Shown: piece after piece, positions 12,996-24,044 of the stretch
How positions within the stretch are numbered: the first letter of the stretch is position 1
Layout: each line of letters starts with the position of its first letter
Position numbers and translations under genes: made by a program
NCBI GenBank assembly: GCA_051294375.1
Contig: CM119264.1
Span: 6,547,238 to 6,611,237, forward strand
Length of the DNA stretch: 64,000 bases
Direction: 5' to 3'
DNA from: Paraspadella gotoi
Lineage: Eukaryota > Animalia > Chaetognatha
Notes under the pieces: model-generated
The model's input: only the letters and a program-made list of their open reading frames with translations
What the model was told of the DNA's origin: nothing
Database searches by the model: none

Positions 12996-13450
12996 GTCAG
13001 TGGACCACCCGTCGTTGTCGTCGTTGTCGTCGTTATTGATTTAGGTTGTCGTCTTTAAATATTAAATATTATCCGAATGTACGTAAAGACCAAGTTCGGC
13101 AGAACGTTAAGATGTTTTTAACTAAAATAAAAAGAGGACGACGAATTAGTTTAGAGTGAAAATATATAGGCAATTAAAATCCAAAAGTATTGTAAAATTT
13201 GTTATGTACTGTATTGTAGTCTACGATGTCCAATCGTTTTTCCCTCTCTTCACCCAAGTTCTTCTGAGAAATTTAATAAATATATTTCGTATTTAAATAA
13301 TGATAAATATAAATATCTAAAGAAAGAGGAATGAAAATATTTTAAAATCTAAAAAAAATAATGAAACAAGTAATTTTTGCAGTTTTCGTACGAATTCGTC
13401 GCTCATCTACAGAACGTCGTTATTATTATGATTATCCTCTATCTTTACAG

Positions 13451-13568
13451 CAACTGGTTGATGAGCACTTTGTCCATGAACTACCACCGAGCCTACGAAG
13501 TGGATCTCGGCTGCGGCGCCTTTGAAGAGTCGGTGCAGCAGGAGACAGAGGCGCTCGCCACCAAATCG
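13451..13568 (+). CDS. MARVEL-like protein, loop exon (NWLMSTLSMNYHRAYEVDLGCGAFEESVQQETEALATKS)
   Basis: Acceptor ctatctttacag|C (phase 2) and canonical donor TCG|gtaagt (phase 0). Confidence 0.78.
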
Positions 13569-13670
13569 GTAAGTCGAAGGGGTTTGGTTGGCTCTATTTT
13601 CCAAGAGCGCCTCATTTCTGTTCATTTGTGAGTAATATTGCACATTCGGAGATTCTTTCCCTATTTTCAG

Positions 13671-13708
13671 CCCGACGAGGAAACTCAAAACCTCCCTTTG
13701 AAAGTTTG
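13671..13708 (+). CDS. MARVEL-like protein, 38-nt mini-exon (PDEETQNLPLKV-W)
   Basis: Acceptor ctattttcag| and donor TG|gtaagt. This exon is required to convert phase 0 to phase 2 for the next exon. Confidence 0.78.
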
Positions 13709-13945
13709 GTAAGTTTTTTCTATTTTGTCTTTATCGTTGGCGTCTGTTCGCCCGTCTCGCTTCGTCCGAGGGTCCATCGGTCCATCGGTCGGTCGAGTCG
13801 GTCTATCGCTTCGTCCGTCTATCCGTCTGTCTGTTCAGTTCATTATCTTATCATTTTTTCATATCCATCCGCTTACATCATTCATCTCTCTCTTCTCCTT
13901 ATTACTTTATATCTCTCCCTCGACCGACTCCCTTCACTAATTCAG

Positions 13946-14063
13946 GTACGCCTGCGGCCTGATTCGTCACACCTACCACGCGGGCATCGCCTGCATAGTC
14001 TTCTCCACCTTGCTGCTGCTCGGACTCATCGCTAACGTCATCCACGGATTCATGGGGATTCAG
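13946..14063 (+). CDS. MARVEL-like protein, exon with TM4 (YACGLIRHTYHAGIACIVFSTLLLLGLIANVIHGFMGIQ)
   Basis: Branch-like cactaa plus acceptor ttcag|G (phase 2). Ends either at the GC donor CAG|gcgagt (14064) or at the in-frame GT donor TGG|gtgagt (14106). Confidence 0.78.
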
Positions 14064-14568
14064 GCGAGTGGGCGTGGCCATTTTGACGGCGGTTTGGGGA
14101 AATGGGTGAGTGTGTGAACGAAGTTATTTTGAATCGGGGGGTAAGGTGAGCGGGTGGGATGGTTTTTAGGGGCGTGGGAGGTGCAGTGAGGGCATACTAA
14201 GCGAAGAAAACAGGATAATGAAATCTTAAAACGTGTGATCATTTTTGGTGGCGAATTGGTAGAATGGATTTTTTTTTCTCTCTTGTTGTTATGTGTGATC
14301 AACTTTTTCAGTGGTTTTTTTTTTCTAGTTATTCTAAGCTTTTGTTTAACTACTCCTGGCGCCAAAGAGAGCTTTTTTTAATTTTTTCAGCAGACATATG
14401 GAGTCGTCAGTAGAGTTTGGTTAGATTTTTTTTTGTTTGTGTTTTTGTTGAATTGGTTCATCGATTAACTCTTGGAGGCAAAAAAAAAATTCGCCACAAA
14501 AATCGATTGGAATAAAAATCGATTTGAATTTTTAATTTAATTCGATTTACAGAATTTTAGATTCCATC

Positions 14569-14648
<80 letters not shown>

Positions 14649-15474
14649 ACCCGAATTAAAATACTCTCTTTTTTTTGCTAGAATCCGGGCTTATGACTTT
14701 TCGGTATTGCTATCAGAGCTTAAGCTTAAGCGTTTTCATTTTCGCTCTCATTTTTGGCTTCACTTTTTCCTTCGGTATTGATTTTTGGCCATAGGATAAT
14801 TTGTAATCCGTTTTTTATTTTAAAAGTTTTAACTTTTTGGCTTTGACATAGACTTTAAAGTTTTGAATTTTTGACTTTCATTTTAAGATTTGTCTTTTTT
14901 GTCTAGGACTTTTGGCTCTCAGCTTTCGACTTTTTGGCTTTCAGTTGTTCGGTTTTCAGCTTACGCGTCTCAGCTTTCGGCTTTTCTTTTCCGCTATCGG
15001 ATTTCTCCCGACGCGTCATTCTGAGAGCAGAGAGTCTCTCTTCTTCCGACGCAGAATTTCGCTCGCAAATAAATCGGAAAATTCATCCTTCATCTCAAAT
15101 ATCGATCTGTCGTCGTCGTCGTCGTTCGTCGTCGTTTTCGTCTTTGTCAAAGTCGTCATCGTCGTCACTTTCGTCGTCACTGTCGTTGTCTTCGTCATCG
15201 TCATCGGTGCTGTCATCACTGTCTCCACCATTATAGTTAATCTTCATAATTTTTTAAAATGTCATCGCTCGTCGAAATGTCAGTCTTTGCTTTGCCTTCA
15301 CTTTTTGTCGTTTTACATTTGAGTCGAAAGAATGTTACTTAAACCATAACTACTAGTATACTCCATGGGTAGTTATGGTATTAGGATTACAACGATTCAT
15401 TATTTATATCATCATAAAAAATAAATAATTAATCATCATCATAATCGTAAAATTGTTGTCTTTAAAAAAAAATC

Positions 15475-15810
15475 TGAATCGTCGTTTTCGTCATCGTCTC
15501 TTTTATTGTCTTTTTATCGACATTCCCACTGTCGTCGTCGTCATCGTCGTCGTCATCGTCATTGTCGTCATTGTCGTCATCGTCGTCGTCTTCGTCATCG
15601 TCGTCGTCTTCGTCATCGTCATCGATCGTCTATTTTTATCGACGTTCCCACCGTCGTCGTCATCATCGTCGTCGTCATCGTCATCATCGTCGTCGTCTTC
15701 ATCATCGTCGTCTTCGTCATCGTCTATTTTATCGTCTTTTTATCGACGTTCCCACCATCGTCATCGTCGTCATCGTCATTGTCGTCATCGTCGTTATATC
15801 GTCTTTTGAC
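15475..15810. repeat. (TCG/TCA)n compound repeat with a higher-order unit, intronic
   Basis: The spacer tttt(t)atcgac(g/a)ttccca recurs at about 15511, 15633 and 15737 between triplet runs. Confidence 0.8.
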
Positions 15811-16207
15811 GCCGATCTTTGCTTCCGACGCCGGGTCGTCGCTTCCGGAGCCGGGTCTTCGCTTCCGGCGCCGGGTCATCGCTTCCGACGACGAGCGGCG
15901 ACGAAACGTCAGAAAAATATTGACGTCACTTGACATCGATAGTCGTTGTAGTCGTAGTAGTTGTTGTTGTTGTTGTTGTCAAATCTTCGAAATGTGTCGT
16001 GAATGTGACTGGAAGCCGAACCGTTGGGTAGGTCAAGGGGGGAAGATCAGGGGCTCGAGTCTTAATACAGTAATTTAGTTATACATTATATAGAGCCCAC
16101 GGTAAAGCGAGTTACGCCATAAACACGGTCGACGTAGTCGTCGTCGTCGTCGTAGGTCGTCTTCGTCGTTTTTCTTAATCGAGACAATTTGATTAATATT
16201 CTCGCAG

Positions 16208-16231
16208 GATGGAATCGACATCACGAGCTGA
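16208..16231 (+). CDS. Candidate terminal coding exon of the MARVEL-like gene (DGIDITS*)
   Basis: Acceptor attctcgcag|GAT, phase 0, with TGA at 16229-16231, followed by GC-rich sequence. Alternative terminal exons cannot be excluded. Confidence 0.45.
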   Translation, partial: DGIDITS

Positions 16232-16460
16232 GAAAAGGGACGTCGGCGGCAGTGGCGGCAGCGGCGGCAGCGGCGGCTGCGGCGGTTAACAACAACGACG
16301 ACGACGACGACAGCGACGGCGTTTGAAGCCGCCGAGATAAATCAATTCAAGTTTTTTCTTTCCTTAGAAAGAAAATTAACGGAATTGAATTCTTTACGCA
16401 TGTGAATCGCATTGTGATGATATCCGATTCTCTTACCTGATTTGCATGCGTTGGTTTTTT

Positions 16461-16554
<94 letters not shown>

Positions 16555-17706
16555 GAGATCCGGCGTCCGAGAGAGAAAGTGGCATGAATGAGAAAAGACG
16601 AGAAACAGAAAAAGGGAGAATTAGTTTCGGCGTAAAAAATTCAAAGGGGGANNNNNNNNNNNNNNNNNNNNNNNNNNNNNNNNNNNNNNNNNNNNNNNNN
16701 NNNNNNNNNNNNNNNNNNNNNNNNNNNNNNNNNNNNNNNNNNNNNNNNNNNNNNNNNNNNNNNNNNNNNNNNNNNNNNNNNNNNNNNNNNNNNNNNNNNN
16801 NNNNNNNNNNNNNNNNNNNNNNNNNNNNNNNNNNNNNNNNNNNNNNNNNNNNNNGTATCGCAAGAACAAGTCGCGATTCCGGGTCAGGTTCGGTTACCAC
16901 GGAGAATCGAGTAAGGTTTCCCTTTCTCAGCTTCACTCTTCGTCGTCGTCGTCGTAGTCGTCGTCGTCGTCGTTGTTTGATGCTGTCGTCAAGCGGAACG
17001 AAAAGGAAATTTGAGTTTTCTTTGAGCAAAAGAAGTCAAAGTTCTCAAAATTCTTTTATTGATCTTATTACTATCATGTCAGAATATTATTTTAGTATCA
17101 CAGAATTACGTATGCTCATAATTATAATACTGTTTTCTATAAATATATGACGATTGGAAATTTAGGTTTAATGCAGGAGCTTCTTTTTTTTTTTTACTTA
17201 ACGCCACAAAAGTCAAAACAATAATGATAAGAAATCTAAAGTTAAAGAAAAAGGGTTCCTGATTTTTTTTTTAACGCAAAAGACTTTAAATTCTCATCAA
17301 TCCCTGAGAAGAATTTCTTTTCCTGAACGACCTTCTACATTTGAGGTTCTCTCATTCTCTCTCGTCAGATTGGGCAGACGTTGCCCGCGATGTCCCAGCT
17401 TAAGCCTTCACAGTTTTAATCCCTACTTTTTGTTAATATTTGCCACTCCATCATTTCTCTTTGCCGTCCCTGTCGCTCTTCTTTCTATCACTGCCTTTCT
17501 CATTACCCTTTGTCACGATTTTTCTTTGCTAGTTATGCCCCTTCCGCTGGCCTGTCGCCATTTTTGCATTTCGCCACTATTTTCGCCACTATTACCCGAC
17601 TTCTCCTTTTACTACCCTTGCCTTTTTTCTACCTCAGTCTTTACCCCCTTAAAGTCCCTACATTTTGCCACCTCTACACTTTGCCACTCCAAAGTCTAAC
17701 ATCCTT

Positions 17707-17773
17707 CACACTCTCACATTGCCATCTTCACACTCTCACATTGCCATCTTCACACTCTCACATTGCCATCTTC
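17707..17773. repeat. 22-bp tandem repeat x3 (CACACTCTCACATTGCCATCTT)
   Basis: Three consecutive identical units. Confidence 0.85.
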
Positions 17774-17837
17774 TCAACTTGGCATTTTTTCGCCTCTGAT
17801 TTGCATTGTCGACCGGTTTCCTCCAAAAAAGAAAACT

Positions 17838-17931
<94 letters not shown>

Positions 17932-18984
17932 TTTCTCCATTTAGGAATCCGTAATGACGCGATAGAGCGACCACCTGCGCCCCCAAACGCCAACGAAAAA
18001 AAAAATCGTGGCGGCGAGAGAACTCGGTCGTGAAAAAAAAGGGCAACGAGGTTACGAAGGGAAGGAAAGAATTGAGAAAAGAGTGAGGATTCCGAAAAAA
18101 GGGATATAAAGGAAAATATAAAACTCGAGCAGAAAAAGTATATAAAAAAAGAAAGAAAGAACGGGATAAAAAAAGAGCAGACGAAAAAGATGATTGGAGG
18201 AAATGATGAGTGAACGGAGATCGAATTAAGTGTAAAAATATAAAGGAAGTGGCATCGAAATTTAAAAAAAAAAAAAAGATGTTTGGGTGGAATTGGAAAA
18301 TAAAAAAGAGAGAAAACTATAAAATAAACAGCGGATGTTAATAAATATTAAAAAAAAAAAACGAAAAAAGGGAAAGAAAACTAAAAAAGAAAATAATTAG
18401 GTGGAAAATAGAAAATGGAAAAAGTCAAAATAAAATAGAAAAAAAAAGAGAGAAATGGATGGAGACGGCTGCGTCGCAGTTTAGGCGCCCATTGTCTTTT
18501 GTTTACGTTCGATGTGTTTTTGTTTAGTTTCGGCGCGAAATAATATTCGAAATAAAACGCACTCTACCGTGGCACCTTTAAAACGCGTTGCCGACCCGCC
18601 TCGCTCGTCCTGGCACCTGCTTCTCACCCTCTATGTCCCTCTCCCTTTTCAATGAACCGATTTTTATCATTTTTTTTTCTTTTAATTAATCTTTACCATT
18701 TACAACCTCCTTTTAACTCCCCTTTTGCCTTTATTATTATCTTTTTCTCCCCTTCAAGGCACTACCCAAGGAAAGGATGAAATTGCTTTCTCTCTCTCTC
18801 TCTCTCTCTCTCTCNNNNNNNNNNNNNNNNNNNNNNNNNTCTCGGTCTTCCCCCCGACGATGAAGAAATGAATGAAATTCATAACAAATTCAATTTTCCA
18901 TCACAAAATTTTTACGCCCTGGTAAAAAATACGGAAACCCTAGTGATCACCAGCCTGAGACGCCTTTCTCTCTCTCTCTCCTCT

Positions 18985-19032
<48 letters not shown>

Positions 19033-20800
19033 TCTCTCTCTCTCTCTCTCTCTCTCTCACACCCTCCAAACCGCACCGACTCCATCTCTATCGTTTCTCG
19101 CTCCGAGTCCTTATCGCCCCATAATAGTGCCATGTTTCGTTGTTTTGTTCGGGAAGGGCGAGAACGAGGAGAAAGCAATTTGCAGGCTCAGCACCTTTGA
19201 AATATTTTGCGAGCTCCCTTTTTTTTCCCGGAGATAGAAGGAGGGAAATAAAGTACAAGAGATAAAGCGATGAGAGAGAAGGAGAGAAAAGAGACGGACA
19301 AAGGGATATTCAGACGCAGAGACGGACAACGGAAATTTGGATGAGAAATATCGAGCGACGCGGATAAATAAAATATCAAGATTGGAATAGCTGAGACCTA
19401 AACTTAAGTATATTTTCGATTCTAAATCTTGTTTAAAAACTTTAAAATAAACCTAAATTTATCAACGATTTAAAAGTAAAGTGGAGTCTTAATACATCTA
19501 ATTCAAGATATGGGGTAAAGTCGATTTGAATAATGACAGACAGACGAAAGATGTGCAGCGTTGGAAGCGGAAGAGGGGAAAAAGTAATATCGAGGCTAAA
19601 GTGAATAAAAGGAAAAAAAAAGGATGTCAGAATGATATTTCAGTTTATTTCCCGGATGAAATAGAAAATCTCTGAAACGCTCTTCCACATCATTTCGGTG
19701 AATTACAGATTTTGTCAGATTCCCTTCTGTGCTTCTTGTTACAATATATAATATATTATCATTACAGAACATTAGGGCTGAAGGTAAAAATGAAATAAAA
19801 AAAGACAAGAAAAAGAAATAAAGAGTCGAAGATTAAAGAGAGAAAAATCCCTTTCAATCTCTCCTCTCTTTCACTCTCGCTCTCTCTAACTCTCCTCTAT
19901 AGATCTTCTCTCTCTCTCTCTCTGGAATCAGAGACGGCGCCTCTATGTTGACCGTCTCTAGACGCCGCGCTTAATAGAGAGATCGAGAGAGAGAAAAAGA
20001 GGAGTTAAAAAAACAGAGAGAGAGAGAGAGAGAGGAGAGGGAAGAGAGAGAGAGGAGAGAGAGAGAGAGGAGAGAGAGAGACGCGAAACAATAACAATTC
20101 AGATCAGAATTAATAAATAGACAGACAGACAGCACAAAGAGATACCGACAAACACAGTCTGACTTTAAAGTCATCAGACAGACATACCGAGGACGGACGG
20201 ATAACCTGGCAGAGAATGAGACAGAGAGAGAGAGAAGAGAGACGCTGAGAAACGCTGGCGTCGGAACCGGAACCGTGGAAGCGACGGGAAAGCTCGAGAC
20301 CGATAGGGAGACGAAATTCGCGAGTGAAAAAAAAAAATCTTACTCGAAGAAGATTACGACCAAATAAGGGATGATGAAAGAGGAAAACTGCGTCGTGGGA
20401 GGAAAGAGGGGAGGAAAGGAGGGGGAGGAAGAGGAAAGGAAAATTGGGGAGGAAGGAAAAGAAAAATGGGGAGAAGAGGGAAAAAGAAAGGGGGAGGAAA
20501 ATGGGTGGAAAAGGGAAGATAAAGTGGGAGGAAAGAGGAGGAAGGTGGATGAAGGAGAAGAGGAAGGGGGAAGGAAGGGGAAGGAAGAGGGAGGAAAATG
20601 TCAGGAAGGGTTAGGAAAGGGGGAGAAAGAAGGAGATGGAAAGAGTAGAAAATGGAGTAAGAATAGAGATTTAAAGAGGGAGCAATCGTTTAAAATACGT
20701 TGGCCTGAGTAAAGAAGAAAGGATTGAAATCCATATTTTTTCAATTTTTTTGATTAATGATGTTCACAGTTGCATTACTAGCTAATGTGCATTGTGTGTT

Positions 20801-21208
20801 TGTAGAGAAGTTTCCGTCTCTCTACGCCGCTCCAAGTAATATCAGTTTGGTCCAGGAAAGGCTCGAGCTAAATACCGCAACCGACAAGGCATCCACTGAC
20901 TCTATATAATGAGTATAATCTCGAAGACAATGTAGAGAAATCATAGAGTAAATCGAAGTATAATCTAAAGAAATGCATCAATAATCCGTCATATAATCCG
21001 TAATAATCGTTAAAGCCAGTGTAAATGCGTAGGAAAATTGGTTAAAATACCGAGGGGAAATTAGTCCAAGCAAGCGGAATCTATCAAACTGAATTCGTGA
21101 TCCAAAGTCTGACTGAGGTTTGACCGGTGGAGAAGAGGAGAGAGCTAGAAAGGGATATCTCAGTCTCTCTCGGTCCACAAACTATCTGTGGCCACTGGTT
21201 CTACTTCA
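20801..21208. mobile_element. Solo-LTR-like insertion, 408 bp, TG...CA, 5-bp target-site duplication GTGTT
   Basis: Begins TGTAGAG and ends CTACTTCA, flanked by GTGTT at 20796-20800 and 21209-21213. The homologous copy has an empty site with a single GTGTT at 25169-25173. Internal TATA-like ctatataat near 20902. Confidence 0.8.
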
Positions 21209-21769
21209 GTGTTCGTCTTGTGCATTAGATTTCAGAGGAATTCAGAGTCGAGATTTTTCCATAAACTTAGTATAAGCATTCTGAAATATTCTAAGATATT
21301 TTTTATATGACAGACCTGTTTTTTTTACATAATTTTTTTGCTGTTTCATTCAGAATCAGTTTCTGCTCTCACCCAATTATCCAAATATTGTTTCCTCAAA
21401 AGCCAAAATATATTCAAAAAGAGTTTTTGCTCCCTGCGCCTGAACGATAAAGCTTTGCCCACTCTCCGGGGTTTGAGGCCGCGGGATTAGCGAGTTTTCC
21501 TTGCAAGTTTCCATCTATTTTCTTGTCTCGCCGCTTTAGTTTCCGGCCCAACCATCCGGCAACTTCATGACTTCCGCCCACGCCACTCAGCTATTTCTCT
21601 CTTTTGTCTTCTCGGATTCTTTTATCCGAATTTGTTCAATGTGATTTTATCACATCTTTCCACATTTGATATTTATATAATATCTTACTTCTCAACATAT
21701 AGTGTTCGTAGTTTAATGTTGGTCGTTATAATTCTAACCAATTTACGTAAATTTTGTAGTTTCATCCAG

Positions 21770-22330
21770 TCATGCCATTTTCACGTTTTTTTCGTCCTAT
21801 GACATACCGGCAAGCCACTTTTTCATCCATGTCATCCCCGCATTTTTCACATAATTCCGTTTATGCCATCCCGCATGACATTTTCCACAATTTTCCGCCC
21901 ATGCCATCCTGCCATGCCATTTAACCATCCATGCCATTCCGCCATGACGTTTTCACATTTTTCCGACCTTGCATTCCCACTATGCTATTTTTCAAACCGT
22001 CCATGCCATCCCGCCATGCAATTTTTCACACCGTCTATGCCATCCCGCCATGCCATTTTTTCACACCGTCTATGCATCCCGCCATGCACCTTTAAACCAT
22101 CCATGCCATCCCGCCATGCCATGAAAATTTGCAAATTACTTGTTTCACTATTTTTCATTTTTCTATTTAATATTTTAATATTTTTATGAAGGATTAGTAT
22201 TTAATCTATATTATTTATTCAAACATATATTGCTTTCTTTTTTTCAGCAGACTATGCAATCCCGTCATGCCATTTTTCACACTGTCAATGCCATCCGCCA
22301 TGCCATTTTTCACAACTTTCATGCCAACGC
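21770..22330 (+). repeat. ATGCCA-based minisatellite (unit of about 33 bp, ATGCCATCCCGCCATGCCATTTTTCACACCGTCT); copies also at about 25735-26215 and 36720-37185
   Basis: The degenerate tandem units are visible directly in the sequence. Confidence 0.85.
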
Positions 22331-22460
22331 GAACATCCGAAAAACTCCAAAGTTGCTCTTTTTTTTTTTTTTTTACCGAAGGAGATTTCGTTTTTCGCGC
22401 GAAGAAGGAATTTTCTTCGGAAAATGGGTTTGGTTCGTCGACCGCCATTAGTGCATAAAT

Positions 22461-22554
<94 letters not shown>

Positions 22555-22822
22555 AACTCACTTTTTTAACACCGTTCCCTTTTTTTTTCTTGTTTTTCTC
22601 GTTCCATTTTTTCCCAAACTCATCTTTTTAAATTTTTCTCGTCTTTTTCTATTTTTTTATATAACTTTTGTCTTTTCTCCATTTCCCTTTTCCAATTTTT
22701 ATTTCTTTTCTCATTTTTTTTTGTTTTATGTCGTTAATTATTTTTTATCCTTAACTTTTCTCCCTTTTTTCCAACTTTTTTTTTCCTTTCTTACCTTTCG
22801 GTTTCGGTTTCCCTATTCCTTC

Positions 22823-22878
<56 letters not shown>

Positions 22879-23998
22879 TCTCTCCTCTTCTCTCTCTCTC
22901 TCTCTCTTTCCTTTTTTCCTCCATTTTCTTTTTACCTTTCCACCTGCGCCCCCTTTCCTTTTTTTGTTTCCTTCTCTTTCCGCTCGATAAATCTCTACTA
23001 ATTCTCGACGCGAAGCGAACAGAAGATATTTACTGCTTCTTCATCCACCTCGAAGCCACCGAGCCTCTTACAGCCTCTCAGCCCTCAGGAACTAGATATA
23101 GAGCCCCCTAAGCCCCACAGGATTCTGGGCTCTCGTCCTCAAGACGGGAATCGCAGCCCTCCTCCAAACCGGCACCGACTCCATCTCTATCGTTTCTCGC
23201 TCCGAGTCCTTTATCGCCCCATAATAGTGCCATGTTTTCGTTGTTTTGTTTCGGGAAGGGCGGAGAACGAGGAGAAAGCAATTTGCAGGCTCAGCACCTT
23301 TGAAATATTTTGCGAGCTCCCTTTTTTTTCCCGGAGATAGAAGGAGGGAAAATAAAGTACAAGAGATGAAAGCGATGAGAGAGAAGGAGAGAAAAGAGAC
23401 GGACAAAGGGATATTCAGACGCAGAGACGGACAATCGGAAATTTGGAAGAGAAATATCGAGCGACGCGGATAAATAAAATATCAGGATGGAATAGCTGAG
23501 ACCTAAACTTAAGTATATTTTCGATTCCAAATCTTGTTTAAAACTTTAAAATAAACCTAAATTTATCAACGATTTAAAAGTTCAAGTAGAGTCTTAATAC
23601 AATCTAATTCAAGATATGGGGTAAAGCCGATTTGATAAAGACAGACAGAGAAAGATGTGCAGCGTTGGAAGCGGAAGAGGGGAAAGTAATATCGAGGCTA
23701 AAGTGATAAAAGGAAAAAAAGATGTCAGAATGATATTTCAGTTTATTTCCGGATGAAATAGAAAAATCTCTGAAACGCTCTTCCACATCATTTCGGTGAA
23801 TTACAAATTTTGTTGGATTCCCTTCTGTGCTTCTTTGTTACATTATAAAATATATTATATTACAGAACATTAGGACTGAAGGTAAAAATGAAATAAAAAA
23901 GACAAGAAAAAGAAATAAAGAGTCGAAGATTGAAAGAGAGAAAAAATCCCCTTTCAATCTCTCTCTCTTTCACTCTCGCTCTCTCTAACTCTCTCTAT

Positions 23999-24044
<46 letters not shown>

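Noticed and set aside
13383-13450. Upstream acceptor (ttttgcag|13383) extending the loop exon with an extra hydrophobic stretch
   Set aside because: It is phase 0, while the preceding strong donor is phase 2, so joining them gives a stop. The acceptor at 13451 keeps the frame.
15453-16078. Ser/Val/Arg-His homopolymer ORFs on both strands
   Set aside because: They are translations of intronic TCG/TCA triplet repeats with no splice or codon evidence.
21770-22330. CRISPR-like array
   Set aside because: The units are degenerate tandem repeats without unique spacers, there are no cas genes, and the context is eukaryotic.
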